This document shows, in pieces, positions 1 to 8,353 of a stretch of 40,116 nucleotides of DNA; position 1 is the stretch's first letter; every line of letters begins with the position of its first letter. The position numbers and the translations under genes were made by a program. The notes beneath the pieces are model-generated. The model was given only the letters and a program-made list of their open reading frames with translations. It was not told the origin of the DNA and did no database searches. The stretch is taken from positions 1-40,116 of the IMG/VR virus record IMGVR_UViG_3300032132_000754; one strand, 5' to 3'. Origin of the DNA: a virus.

Positions 1-1518
1 TTAGAGGTTGCTGACGGTAACAACACCGTAGTAAAGACCACCGTCTTCGATGAGCTTCTTACCATAACGAGTCATGATGCCCTTGTTCGGGGTGAAGCTG
101 TTCGGATCTAGCACGGTTGGGGTGCTGAGAAGTGGAATGTACGGAGCGTAGAAGTAACCACTGTCTAGGACAGAGCTACCCTTGAAGCCCATGAGGATCT
201 TGCAGTTCGGGAACAGCGGATCCTTGTACAACTTAAGCTTGCCTTGGACTGTACCAGCGGTAGTGATACCGACGTCGATACCGTCTTGGGCTAGAGCATC
301 TGAACCACGGAAGTCGTTCAACTGCTCAAACTTGGACGCAATATCAGCACTGGTAACCATCCAGTTTGCAGGACCACGGAGGGTCAAGCGGTGGATGACG
401 TTTGCAACTTCAAGAGTCTTGTAGAGCAACGCGATGTTACGATCAGTGAAGTTAACGCTAGCACCTGCGCCAGTGGCGAAGTTGTGAGTAGCGCGAACTG
501 CGGCTGCGATGATGAGGTCGTTGATGATCTCTCGATCGATTTCCGCAACCATTTCGTCAGCCATTAGGTCGGTGAGAGTAGACTCTGCATCGATATTGTG
601 GACAGACTTAAGGTCTTGAGCAGCTTCAAGTGACCAAGAGGTCTTGAGCTTACGAGTGATAGCGGCAACAGAGTCACTATCAATGCTGAGGGTTACCTCA
701 GGCTGGAACGGGTTGTTTTCGAGGTCATACTCGTAGTCGACCCTAGCTACGGCACCAGCAGGAAGTGCGCCAGCGCTTAGAGCAACTGAAACAGTACCAG
801 AGGCGTGATCGAAACCGGTAGCAGTAGCGGTAGTCTCATTTACGACACAACCGGTGCAGTCACCGACGAGGATCAAGTCAGGATCGCCATTGCTGTCGAA
901 ACCAACCTGTAGGATTGGGGTAGGATCTTCACAACTATCAACATCTTCACGGAAGACGTTAACAACAACAGTACCAGCGAGAACTGGACGGTGTGCTAGT
1001 GTGCCACTGACTGACATGAGGTCACCGGCTACCTGGAGAGGCTCGCCCTTAACTTCTTGTGAGGTGTAGTACGGGTCTAGCGCCCAACCGTTCTGACGTG
1101 CGAACTGTTGACTGGTGTTCTGACGCATGATCTGTGTACCCGCGACAGTTTGGCCCTTAGAAAGAGCGTAACGGTATCGGATGTAGAAAATCAAGCTGGC
1201 AGGCTGACTCATTGGCTGAACACCAACAAGGTTATCAGCAATTAGCTTCGGATACGACTTACGAATAAGAGGTAGTGCGAAACGAGTGAAATCAGCGATG
1301 TCACCAGTTGTGGTTGCGTCTTCCAAAAGAAGACTACGATTTTTGGGATCCCAGCAGTTATACTGGTTCTCAAGGATGTTACTCATCAGACCATACTTGC
1401 CTGGGTGAACTTCCTTACATTTACGTAGTACGGGAGCCCATTTCTTAACAAGCATGTTTTTCTTACTCTCGCGAGCAAGCTTCTGTGATCTAAATTCTTC
1501 GGTAATTGTTTGTGTCAT
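1..1518 (-). CDS. gp23: Major capsid protein (T4 gp23-like)
   Basis: 505 aa with gp23 motifs LVGVQPMSQPASLIFY, RKLKTSWSLEAAQDLKSVH, AEIDREII, GYFYAPYIPL, DPNSFTPNKGIMTRYG; SD AGGAG upstream; TAA stop at 3-1 so the gene is complete. Confidence 0.97.
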   Translation of the reverse strand: MTQTITEEFRSQKLARESKKNMLVKKWAPVLRKCKEVHPGKYGLMSNILENQYNCWDPKNRSLLLEDATTTGDIADFTRFALPLIRKSYPKLIADNLVGVQPMSQPASLIFYIRYRYALSKGQTVAGTQIMRQNTSQQFARQNGWALDPYYTSQEVKGEPLQVAGDLMSVSGTLAHRPVLAGTVVVNVFREDVDSCEDPTPILQVGFDSNGDPDLILVGDCTGCVVNETTATATGFDHASGTVSVALSAGALPAGAVARVDYEYDLENNPFQPEVTLSIDSDSVAAITRKLKTSWSLEAAQDLKSVHNIDAESTLTDLMADEMVAEIDREIINDLIIAAAVRATHNFATGAGASVNFTDRNIALLYKTLEVANVIHRLTLRGPANWMVTSADIASKFEQLNDFRGSDALAQDGIDVGITTAGTVQGKLKLYKDPLFPNCKILMGFKGSSVLDSGYFYAPYIPLLSTPTVLDPNSFTPNKGIMTRYGKKLIEDGGLYYGVVTVSNL

Positions 1519-1529
1519 GACTTATACTC

Positions 1530-2270
1530 CTAGTCGTCCATTGACGCGGCGATGTTCGCGATTTGCGAATCACCTTTATTTGCAGATCTAACTTCAGACG
1601 ATGCTGGCGATTGCCTTGTCGTCTTGCTCTTGGCTGGTCGCTGACGGTTTTCTGCTAAACGACGCTTCTGAGGTTTACGCTCCTCATTTAATGGTTTACC
1701 CTTATTCCTCTTAGAACCTTGTGGTTTGGCTTTGCCTTTTCCTTTCCCTTCGGATAGGAGGTTTGCGGCTTTTGCCTTACCTTCAAGTAATCTGTTCTTC
1801 TGAAGAACTTTTAGGGCAACATCGTTAGCCGAATTGGCTTTGCGAACTGCCATGTCTCTCTCCTCTTGGAGAGATTTGAAAGCTTTAGTTAGTCTCCCGA
1901 TCTGCTTTTTCGCTGTCTGAAGTTCCCGACTGTTGCCACCTGCGTCCAATTGGACTCCCTCAAGTAATGCCCGTAGGCCCTTGAGTTTTGCGGTAGCTTC
2001 GGTTTCTTCTTGTAGACGCTGCTTTTCAGCTGCTCGTTCGATAACTTCCAATTTGGATTCAAGAAAAACTGAAACCTTCCGTGCTAAAACAGCTTTTTCC
2101 TTTTGGACTGCTTCTTTGCAGACTGTTTTAACCTTTGATAACTTGTTCTCAAAATCCCGCTCATATTGGGACTTAAGATCAGTGCCGAAACGGTTAAGTT
2201 CCTCACTAATCGCAGAAATGAGTTCGTCACTTCCGCCTAATTCTTTTAAGTAGTTCTTAAGTTTATCCAT
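1530..2270 (-). CDS. gp22: Prohead scaffolding/core protein (T4 gp22-like)
   Basis: 246 aa, coiled-coil and charged, located between protease and MCP as in T4; many L-x-E motifs. Confidence 0.75.
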   Translation of the reverse strand: MDKLKNYLKELGGSDELISAISEELNRFGTDLKSQYERDFENKLSKVKTVCKEAVQKEKAVLARKVSVFLESKLEVIERAAEKQRLQEETEATAKLKGLRALLEGVQLDAGGNSRELQTAKKQIGRLTKAFKSLQEERDMAVRKANSANDVALKVLQKNRLLEGKAKAANLLSEGKGKGKAKPQGSKRNKGKPLNEERKPQKRRLAENRQRPAKSKTTRQSPASSEVRSANKGDSQIANIAASMDD

Positions 2271-2294
2271 TGTAGATTATGCTCCACACATCTC

Positions 2295-2302
2295 TATATT
2301 TG
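2295..2302 (-). promoter_or_regulatory. Putative late promoter CAAATATA (scaffold-MCP)
   Basis: Recurring intergenic motif. Confidence 0.6.
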
Positions 2303-2303
2303 T

Positions 2304-3005
2304 TTAAAAATTTTTCCCGGTTCGAAGTTTATCAAAAAAACCACGAATTTCATTTACAACTTGGCCTTCGTTAACAGCTTTCGCACTAATAATGCGTTTT
2401 TCCTGTAAACGATTTCGGTTTTCAACGACCGACATAAACGAACCATGTACGCTAGGCTCAGCAACCATATCAAAAGTGACAAAACCGTAACCAGGCATTA
2501 CCTGATAATATTCTTCACCTTCATAGATAGTTGTTTCCATGTCGCCAACACCACGGGAAGAAATGCCAATGTTGACACCGCTTTCGAGTAATGCATGCAA
2601 TTGTTGACCGAATTGTGTTTTTTCTAGAACTTCACATTCACCGAAGACGACATCGCCTTCCATCCACAACTTAGTAATAAGATGGGATACACGATCCAAG
2701 TGAATCTTAGCATCGGGCGGGTGATCGAATTCACCTAAAACCCGGCGTTCTTTAATGTCTTCTTGAAGATTCTCAACAGCATTGCGCAAAACATTGAGCG
2801 GATAAATCCGACCATTAGCGTTAGGACGATTAGCGCGTTGGAATTGTCCACCGATCCGAAGAACAGGAACTTTCTCACCACCAGCGCTTTCTACCATAAC
2901 ACGATCTGAACGCATGATCTTTAAAGGAAAAGTATCACACAACATAGATCGCGTACCGATATTACCGGTCATAGCAATTGAAGATCTATTAATTAGATTA
3001 CTCAT
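2304..3005 (-). CDS. gp21: Prohead core protease (T4 gp21-like)
   Basis: Motifs NANGRIYP, GEFDHP, LDRVSH, GISSRGVG, TFDMVAEPS; likely start is ATG 3005 (MSNLINR), overlapping the upstream stop, rather than 3029. Confidence 0.95.
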   Translation of the reverse strand: MSNLINRSSIAMTGNIGTRSMLCDTFPLKIMRSDRVMVESAGGEKVPVLRIGGQFQRANRPNANGRIYPLNVLRNAVENLQEDIKERRVLGEFDHPPDAKIHLDRVSHLITKLWMEGDVVFGECEVLEKTQFGQQLHALLESGVNIGISSRGVGDMETTIYEGEEYYQVMPGYGFVTFDMVAEPSVHGSFMSVVENRNRLQEKRIISAKAVNEGQVVNEIRGFFDKLRTGKNF

Positions 3006-6000
3006 CTTCTGTTGGCTCTCCGACTTCATCAGCGCCCTCTGCTAAGCCTTCATCAGACTCTTCGTCATCTGAACTTAACGCATCATCTAACGCACCATCA
3101 AGGTCATCGTCTGATTCGTCATCAAGTCCTGGAGGAGGTGGGAGTGGACTGTCATCGGCTGGAGGGCCTGCTGGGCCTTCATCTCCTAAGCCACCATCGC
3201 CACCAAGATCACCACCTAATTCGTCGTCGCCCAGCCCAAGATCGTCGCCAAGTTCATCGTCGCCAAGACCTAAATCGTCTTGTAAGATGCGATCAACTGC
3301 GGCTGCTACACTATCGGGAGAACCGACAAATGCTGCTACTTTCTCTTCTGCTAGAGCGTCGCCTTTTTTGGTGCCTTCGGCACTCAATTGTGATTTTTCA
3401 TAGCCAGGCTTGTGGTACTTGCGACTTGGTCCCTTGTACTGAGCTTCGAATGGGTTTCCACCGTCGCCGTCGTCCTTGGGCTTATCGCCGTCGTCATCGT
3501 CCTTAGGCTTGTCATCATCGCCGTCATCGCCGTCATCGCTGTCGCCGCCATCACATTTGCCATTACAAATGAAGTTAGGTTTCTTGCAACTGCTGCAAGT
3601 TCCTTTCTTAGCTTCTTCACTTACTGGCTTGGATTTGCATTGGCATTTTTGGCTGCATTGGCAATCTGAATCTGCGCCGCATGCGCCTGCCTTAGGACAA
3701 CCACATTCGAGACCTTCCATTTCTGAAATCATCTCCGCGATACGTTGTGGGGTTAAGAAGTCGAATGATTCGGCAACTCCATCAGAGCCTTGGAGATCAC
3801 TCATATCTCCGCCCTTGGATGCAGCCTTTAGACCACCATCAGACTTTACTTTACCCTGGCCTTTAAGAGAATCAGTGCCTGTACTATCGCTCTCTACGCC
3901 TTCGCCGCCCTGGTCGTCACTCATATCGAGTCCGACTGCTGTTGGGCCGCCCTGTGCTTCGTAACTCTTAGCACCATTAGCGCCTTGGCCAGATGCCCCA
4001 TCGCCTTGAGTCAATGACTTAGGCTGAACACTGCCTTTACCTTTACCTTGATGGTCTGATCCCATGCTTAGTCCGACTGAACTGAAGCCGCCCTTTGCTA
4101 GAGCTGGATCACCACCTGAGACTGGGATTGTGCTTTCTGAAGCCTGAGCTGATTTAGAAGTTCCCTTGCGGCCATCAGTAGTACTGACGCCTTGCTTTTG
4201 GACTCCACCGCCGCCTTGTCTATCGTCCATGCGGGTCGAACCACCAGCGGAACCGCTGTTTGATCCTTCACCTGAACGTCCGTCAGAAGGTTTGGTTCCC
4301 TTCTTAACAACACCGCCGCCTCGTTGAGGTGCGTGCTGTCCGGCTGCTTCACCACCGGCACTACGTCCGTCGGATGTCTTAGCTGATTTGTCGGCAACGC
4401 CGCCCTCGCCACGTAGGTCATCCATTCGGAGACCGCTAGAATCTGACAATCCGCCAGATGCTTCCCATGGCTGTTCACCCTCAGAAACTAGACCACGATA
4501 TGTCTGGTCAATTCTGTCTTCAAGCGAAAGTTCTTTTGGTTGTTTCTTCGCGGCCAATGGCTTACCGTTAAGTGCTGCCATGACGCTTTCCAAGTATGGA
4601 TCGTTATCAGGATCAAGATCAGCTAGGACCTGGTCGCCTGTACGAACCATGCGTGAACGCATTTCTTCGAAATTTTCTCGTAGGGCGCTAGCACGTGGGC
4701 CAATTGCGATGCAACGCTTGACATAGCGTTCCATGTCGTCATAGCATTTGTTAAAGCCATCTTCTGCGAGATAGGTGTCGCCATTTACCTGCCAAGACTT
4801 AAGCTCCTCGTTAAGTTGAGTAGCATTCATCTTTTCGACTGCGGTAAGCTTGCCTTCAAATTGTGGGGGTACAGCGCCTGGAGCTTCCTCTTCTTCTGGA
4901 GGTCCAGCAGGAGGACCTTCTTCATCAGATGGAAGACCTTCTTCCTCTTCTTCACCCTCGTCGCCACCGACTTCAGGGAGGGGAACTAGGTCACCGTCGC
5001 CTTCTTCGCCATCTGGCTCTTCTTCACCTGGCATAGCATCGAATCCTTCAAGATCCTGGATACTATCGACTAATGAGTCGCTGATGCCAGCTAAGAGTTC
5101 CTCAGCTTGGAGAACTGCGTCAGTATCAACATCAACTCCGCTTAGACGCTCAACCAATTCGTTAAGCTCATCTAGGGAAGCAGAAACTTCTTCACCATCC
5201 TCATCTTCAAGATCAGGTAGGATAGAAGCGATAACTCGCAATGTAGTTCGGTATGCCTTGGCACGAGCTGTTTGGATATCCATTTCTTCGTTGAAGACTA
5301 GACCAAGGAATCGGTCATAATCTTTATTGAAGGTATCTGACTCGGCTAGGACAGTTGTATTTGTAAGAAGACCAGCGTGCTCAGCTTTTTGAGCCATCTT
5401 AGTCCACGCTTCGACGATCGAGCCGCGATTGACTTTAAGATTGGTCTTATAAAATAGAGTGGAAACATCTTTGGCCAATTCACTATTGAATTGGGCTCTG
5501 GTAGCTAGAGTGTTTTCAACTAGTTTACGTAGTTGTTTGTTTGTTAGCAGGCTAAACTCTTGTGCTTCTTTAAGGAATTTAGCTGAGATTCGGCAAGCAT
5601 CGCCAACTTTACCTTCGCAAACAAGAGCTGCGCATTCAAGGACTAGATCCTGGAAATTCTGGCTTTTATAAGCGTTTTCGGCAGCGTCACGCATTTTATG
5701 CGCAATTAAGCGACGTCGGGTGTATTCATTGATCGGGATGATGAATTTTTGCTGACTATCTGACAAAGTTCCACGAATGATACGACCTTTGTCCATTTCA
5801 ACGTTATCACGAACTGCTTCTGAAAACAACCGGATGATGTTGGCTTGGTGATCTTCTTGAACAATGCGAGATGAGACAGAAATGTGTCGTGCTTTTCCAT
5901 CGCGGAGAGTCATCCAACCATTAGTTGGGACTACTTTAGCGCGGAATCGTTGTGATTCAATCTTATTGAAGATTTTGTCTGCGGCGGTAAGCTTACTTTC

Positions 6001-6333
6001 GCATACGCTATCAACAAGATCACGAACATTTTTCTTGTATTGAGAAGCTTTATCTTCTTCAATTACGTTAACTGGACGAATGTTTTCTAATTGAACTCGT
6101 CCATGTGAAGCTTTTTTGATGTCGGCAAGATAGAAACGGTTCTTTTCGGTATCCTCGTACATCAAGGAATTAGCATCAAGAGCTGTTAGCCTTAATTGCT
6201 TGTTAGCAGTTTTCCCAAGTCTGGAAACCGCCTCCTCAAAAAACTTAATTTTAGCTGCTGCTCCGTTGTTGATATAACGAACGAATTTGCGAGCATCCAT
6301 TGAAATCGGATTTAAGTTAGAAGCATCGCTCAT
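2998..6333 (-). CDS. Large acidic low-complexity protein, probable prohead core/internal head protein
   Basis: 1111 aa ORF between portal and protease (position of T4 gp67/gp68); helical N-terminal part, then acidic/Gly-rich disordered repeats and a Cys cluster; function inferred from position. Confidence 0.55.
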   Translation of the reverse strand: MSDASNLNPISMDARKFVRYINNGAAAKIKFFEEAVSRLGKTANKQLRLTALDANSLMYEDTEKNRFYLADIKKASHGRVQLENIRPVNVIEEDKASQYKKNVRDLVDSVCESKLTAADKIFNKIESQRFRAKVVPTNGWMTLRDGKARHISVSSRIVQEDHQANIIRLFSEAVRDNVEMDKGRIIRGTLSDSQQKFIIPINEYTRRRLIAHKMRDAAENAYKSQNFQDLVLECAALVCEGKVGDACRISAKFLKEAQEFSLLTNKQLRKLVENTLATRAQFNSELAKDVSTLFYKTNLKVNRGSIVEAWTKMAQKAEHAGLLTNTTVLAESDTFNKDYDRFLGLVFNEEMDIQTARAKAYRTTLRVIASILPDLEDEDGEEVSASLDELNELVERLSGVDVDTDAVLQAEELLAGISDSLVDSIQDLEGFDAMPGEEEPDGEEGDGDLVPLPEVGGDEGEEEEEGLPSDEEGPPAGPPEEEEAPGAVPPQFEGKLTAVEKMNATQLNEELKSWQVNGDTYLAEDGFNKCYDDMERYVKRCIAIGPRASALRENFEEMRSRMVRTGDQVLADLDPDNDPYLESVMAALNGKPLAAKKQPKELSLEDRIDQTYRGLVSEGEQPWEASGGLSDSSGLRMDDLRGEGGVADKSAKTSDGRSAGGEAAGQHAPQRGGGVVKKGTKPSDGRSGEGSNSGSAGGSTRMDDRQGGGGVQKQGVSTTDGRKGTSKSAQASESTIPVSGGDPALAKGGFSSVGLSMGSDHQGKGKGSVQPKSLTQGDGASGQGANGAKSYEAQGGPTAVGLDMSDDQGGEGVESDSTGTDSLKGQGKVKSDGGLKAASKGGDMSDLQGSDGVAESFDFLTPQRIAEMISEMEGLECGCPKAGACGADSDCQCSQKCQCKSKPVSEEAKKGTCSSCKKPNFICNGKCDGGDSDDGDDGDDDKPKDDDDGDKPKDDGDGGNPFEAQYKGPSRKYHKPGYEKSQLSAEGTKKGDALAEEKVAAFVGSPDSVAAAVDRILQDDLGLGDDELGDDLGLGDDELGGDLGGDGGLGDEGPAGPPADDSPLPPPPGLDDESDDDLDGALDDALSSDDEESDEGLAEGADEVGEPTEDE
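3770..4425 (-). repeat. Degenerate peptide repeats (M-x-D-x-Q/R-G-x-G-G-V...S/T-D-G-R) in the 1111-aa protein
   Basis: MDDLRGEGGV, MDDRQGGGGV, GSDHQGKGKGSV, MSDDQGGEGV, MSDLQGSDGV. Confidence 0.7.
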
Positions 6334-6419
6334 TTGAAATTATCCCTCATTAACTTTATTTTTGTCGTAGAGTGTGAAAGCGAATTTATAGGATTTCGCC
6401 CACGTTACATTTGAATTGA

Positions 6420-8351
6420 CTAGACCCAACCCGCAGCCATCCTCGACGGAAGATCGTCGATCGTAACTTCTTCATCTGAGTCGTTGGTGTCCATTTCCAT
6501 ATTTTCGGTAAGTAGAATCCGCGCTCTAGCTTTGGCTTGGACGCGCTCGTCCTCTTCAATGATTGATTCGACCAATACGTCTGAATCATCATCTCCGCCA
6601 GTATTGCCAAGCCCATCAAGTTCACAGTTGTTTAATAAACTATTGTACCCGCTGACATACTCATGTATATTAGAAGAATTGAAATTATCATATAGTCCAC
6701 GGCTACGATGCGGCTTCTCTTCACGTATTACTTTAGGCACCTTAGCCTCTTGCTCATATCTGGCGTATTCTAATAAGACTTGTTTTTCTAAACCAGAATT
6801 ATAATCCTCTGGCATGCCACCAGGCATCTCGCCAGGCATTCCACCCATAGGAGGACCGCCAAGATCCAACGGCACCGGCTCGCCTGGTGGAAGAGCTTCT
6901 TCCTCGCCGCCCATCGGAGGTGGCATTCCTCCGCCCATTCCGCCACCCCCCATCGGATCTTCCATACCAGGCATAGCCTGTTGAGTTTTTTCCATCTCCT
7001 CGTCCATCTCTTCAATTTCATCGTCTGTCATATCAGTAAATCGACGTAGAATCCATTTCTTAGGGAAGTATTCAGTTGCACGGAGAGATTCGATAACATT
7101 AGCGCGTGACTGCCATGTCTCAATACGATATAACTCATCAATGGCTGATGAACTAGCCATGTGAATGTCGAAATCACGCATATCAGATTCTTGGAATCCG
7201 GCTAACGCAAGGTGTACAATAGCAATTTTCTTAAGGCCAATAGCAACCTCACGTTGGATCCATTGTACTTCTTTGGCGAAAACCGGATCAATAGCAGATA
7301 ATGGGCGCTCACTTGATGTGCTACCCTCTCCAAGACCAACCCACTCAAATGGGATCTTAAGAGCGGCAATCATCTTTTTCTTAAAATATTCGATATCCTT
7401 GATATCATCTAAATTCTCAGCGCCAGGCAACGTAGTAATAGTCGGACCAGTACCGTCTTGACGTTGCGGCAACCAGAAATCATCTTCTTGAATCAACGGG
7501 TGCCAACGCTCATTAACATCGCCAGAAGAGGGATCGAAAAATTGTTTTTTCTTAAATTGACGAGCGATATTTTCGATATATGCTTCAACTTCAGTAGTTG
7601 GAATGTTGCCAACTGGGATGGTGAAAACACGCTTCTCTGGTGCACGAGTGATACGATAGATCAGTGCAGCGTCTTCCATCAATCGGAGCTGCTTAAAGTG
7701 TTTTCTCGCACCGTCTAATAGAGATCGGCCATAAGGGTGATACACATTTTCATAAGAAGTAAGACGGAGGTGCATTACTTGCCATGGATGTAAGAAAACT
7801 GGTTCAGAAGTTAGTTGGTCTTGGAAGAAGAATCCAACCAAGTCGCCATATTTTGTTTCAATCCTAGTAAAATTATAAACATTCATGTGCTTGAAGTTGA
7901 TAATTCCGTTACGATTTTTAGATGGTACGATTTCGGCTGGGAAATCACCATATTTAATGAGATATCGGATTAATGGGCGTAGACGATTGTCAATCAACAA
8001 TGTCTCGTAGAATAGACGCTCTAATTCTTCCTTAACTCTCTTGCTCTTAGCCTTAATGGTAATAGCGTGTTTTAATTCAGGATCTAATAAGCTACATTCT
8101 GAGGCGTATAGATCCAAAGCCATCTGGATTTCGCCAATTTCACCCATCTGGTCGAAGTCTTTATATCGCTCCAATCTGTTGATTTGTAGATTGGTCTGCT
8201 CAAGAAGAACATTTTGTTGAGCGAAATTTAAAAACCTACCGCCTGAAGTAATTCTATCAAGGTTCGATTGGTCAATGAATAGACTATCGTTCCTATACAG
8301 ATTACTCTGCTTAAAGAACGCCGCTAGTCTATCGAATAATTGCCAGCTCAT
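6420..8351 (-). CDS. gp20: Portal protein (T4 gp20-like)
   Basis: Motifs KQLRLMEDAALIYRITRAPEKRVFTIPVGN, EDDFWLP, ITTLPGAENL, DIEYFKKK; long Gly/Pro/Met-rich C-terminal extension. Confidence 0.96.
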   Translation of the reverse strand: MSWQLFDRLAAFFKQSNLYRNDSLFIDQSNLDRITSGGRFLNFAQQNVLLEQTNLQINRLERYKDFDQMGEIGEIQMALDLYASECSLLDPELKHAITIKAKSKRVKEELERLFYETLLIDNRLRPLIRYLIKYGDFPAEIVPSKNRNGIINFKHMNVYNFTRIETKYGDLVGFFFQDQLTSEPVFLHPWQVMHLRLTSYENVYHPYGRSLLDGARKHFKQLRLMEDAALIYRITRAPEKRVFTIPVGNIPTTEVEAYIENIARQFKKKQFFDPSSGDVNERWHPLIQEDDFWLPQRQDGTGPTITTLPGAENLDDIKDIEYFKKKMIAALKIPFEWVGLGEGSTSSERPLSAIDPVFAKEVQWIQREVAIGLKKIAIVHLALAGFQESDMRDFDIHMASSSAIDELYRIETWQSRANVIESLRATEYFPKKWILRRFTDMTDDEIEEMDEEMEKTQQAMPGMEDPMGGGGMGGGMPPPMGGEEEALPPGEPVPLDLGGPPMGGMPGEMPGGMPEDYNSGLEKQVLLEYARYEQEAKVPKVIREEKPHRSRGLYDNFNSSNIHEYVSGYNSLLNNCELDGLGNTGGDDDSDVLVESIIEEDERVQAKARARILLTENMEMDTNDSDEEVTIDDLPSRMAAGWV

Positions 8352-8353
8352 TA

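Noticed and set aside
3180-3550. Short repeats (tcgtcgcc/gtcatcgcc) as possible CRISPR or tandem array
   Set aside because: Explained by Asp/Gly codon runs; no constant repeat-spacer period
3012-5900. Several overlapping ORFs within the 1111-aa gene
   Set aside because: Alternative-frame and antisense by-products of low-complexity GC-richer coding sequence
6375-6400. Hairpin GCGAA..TTCGC with TATAAAT between portal and the giant gene as terminator or T4-type promoter
   Set aside because: Only a 5-6 bp stem with a short U run, single instance; too weak to call
6386-7021. Alternate-frame minus-strand ORFs at the portal 3' end as a frameshift product
   Set aside because: No slippery site noticed and the portal frame is continuous to its own stop
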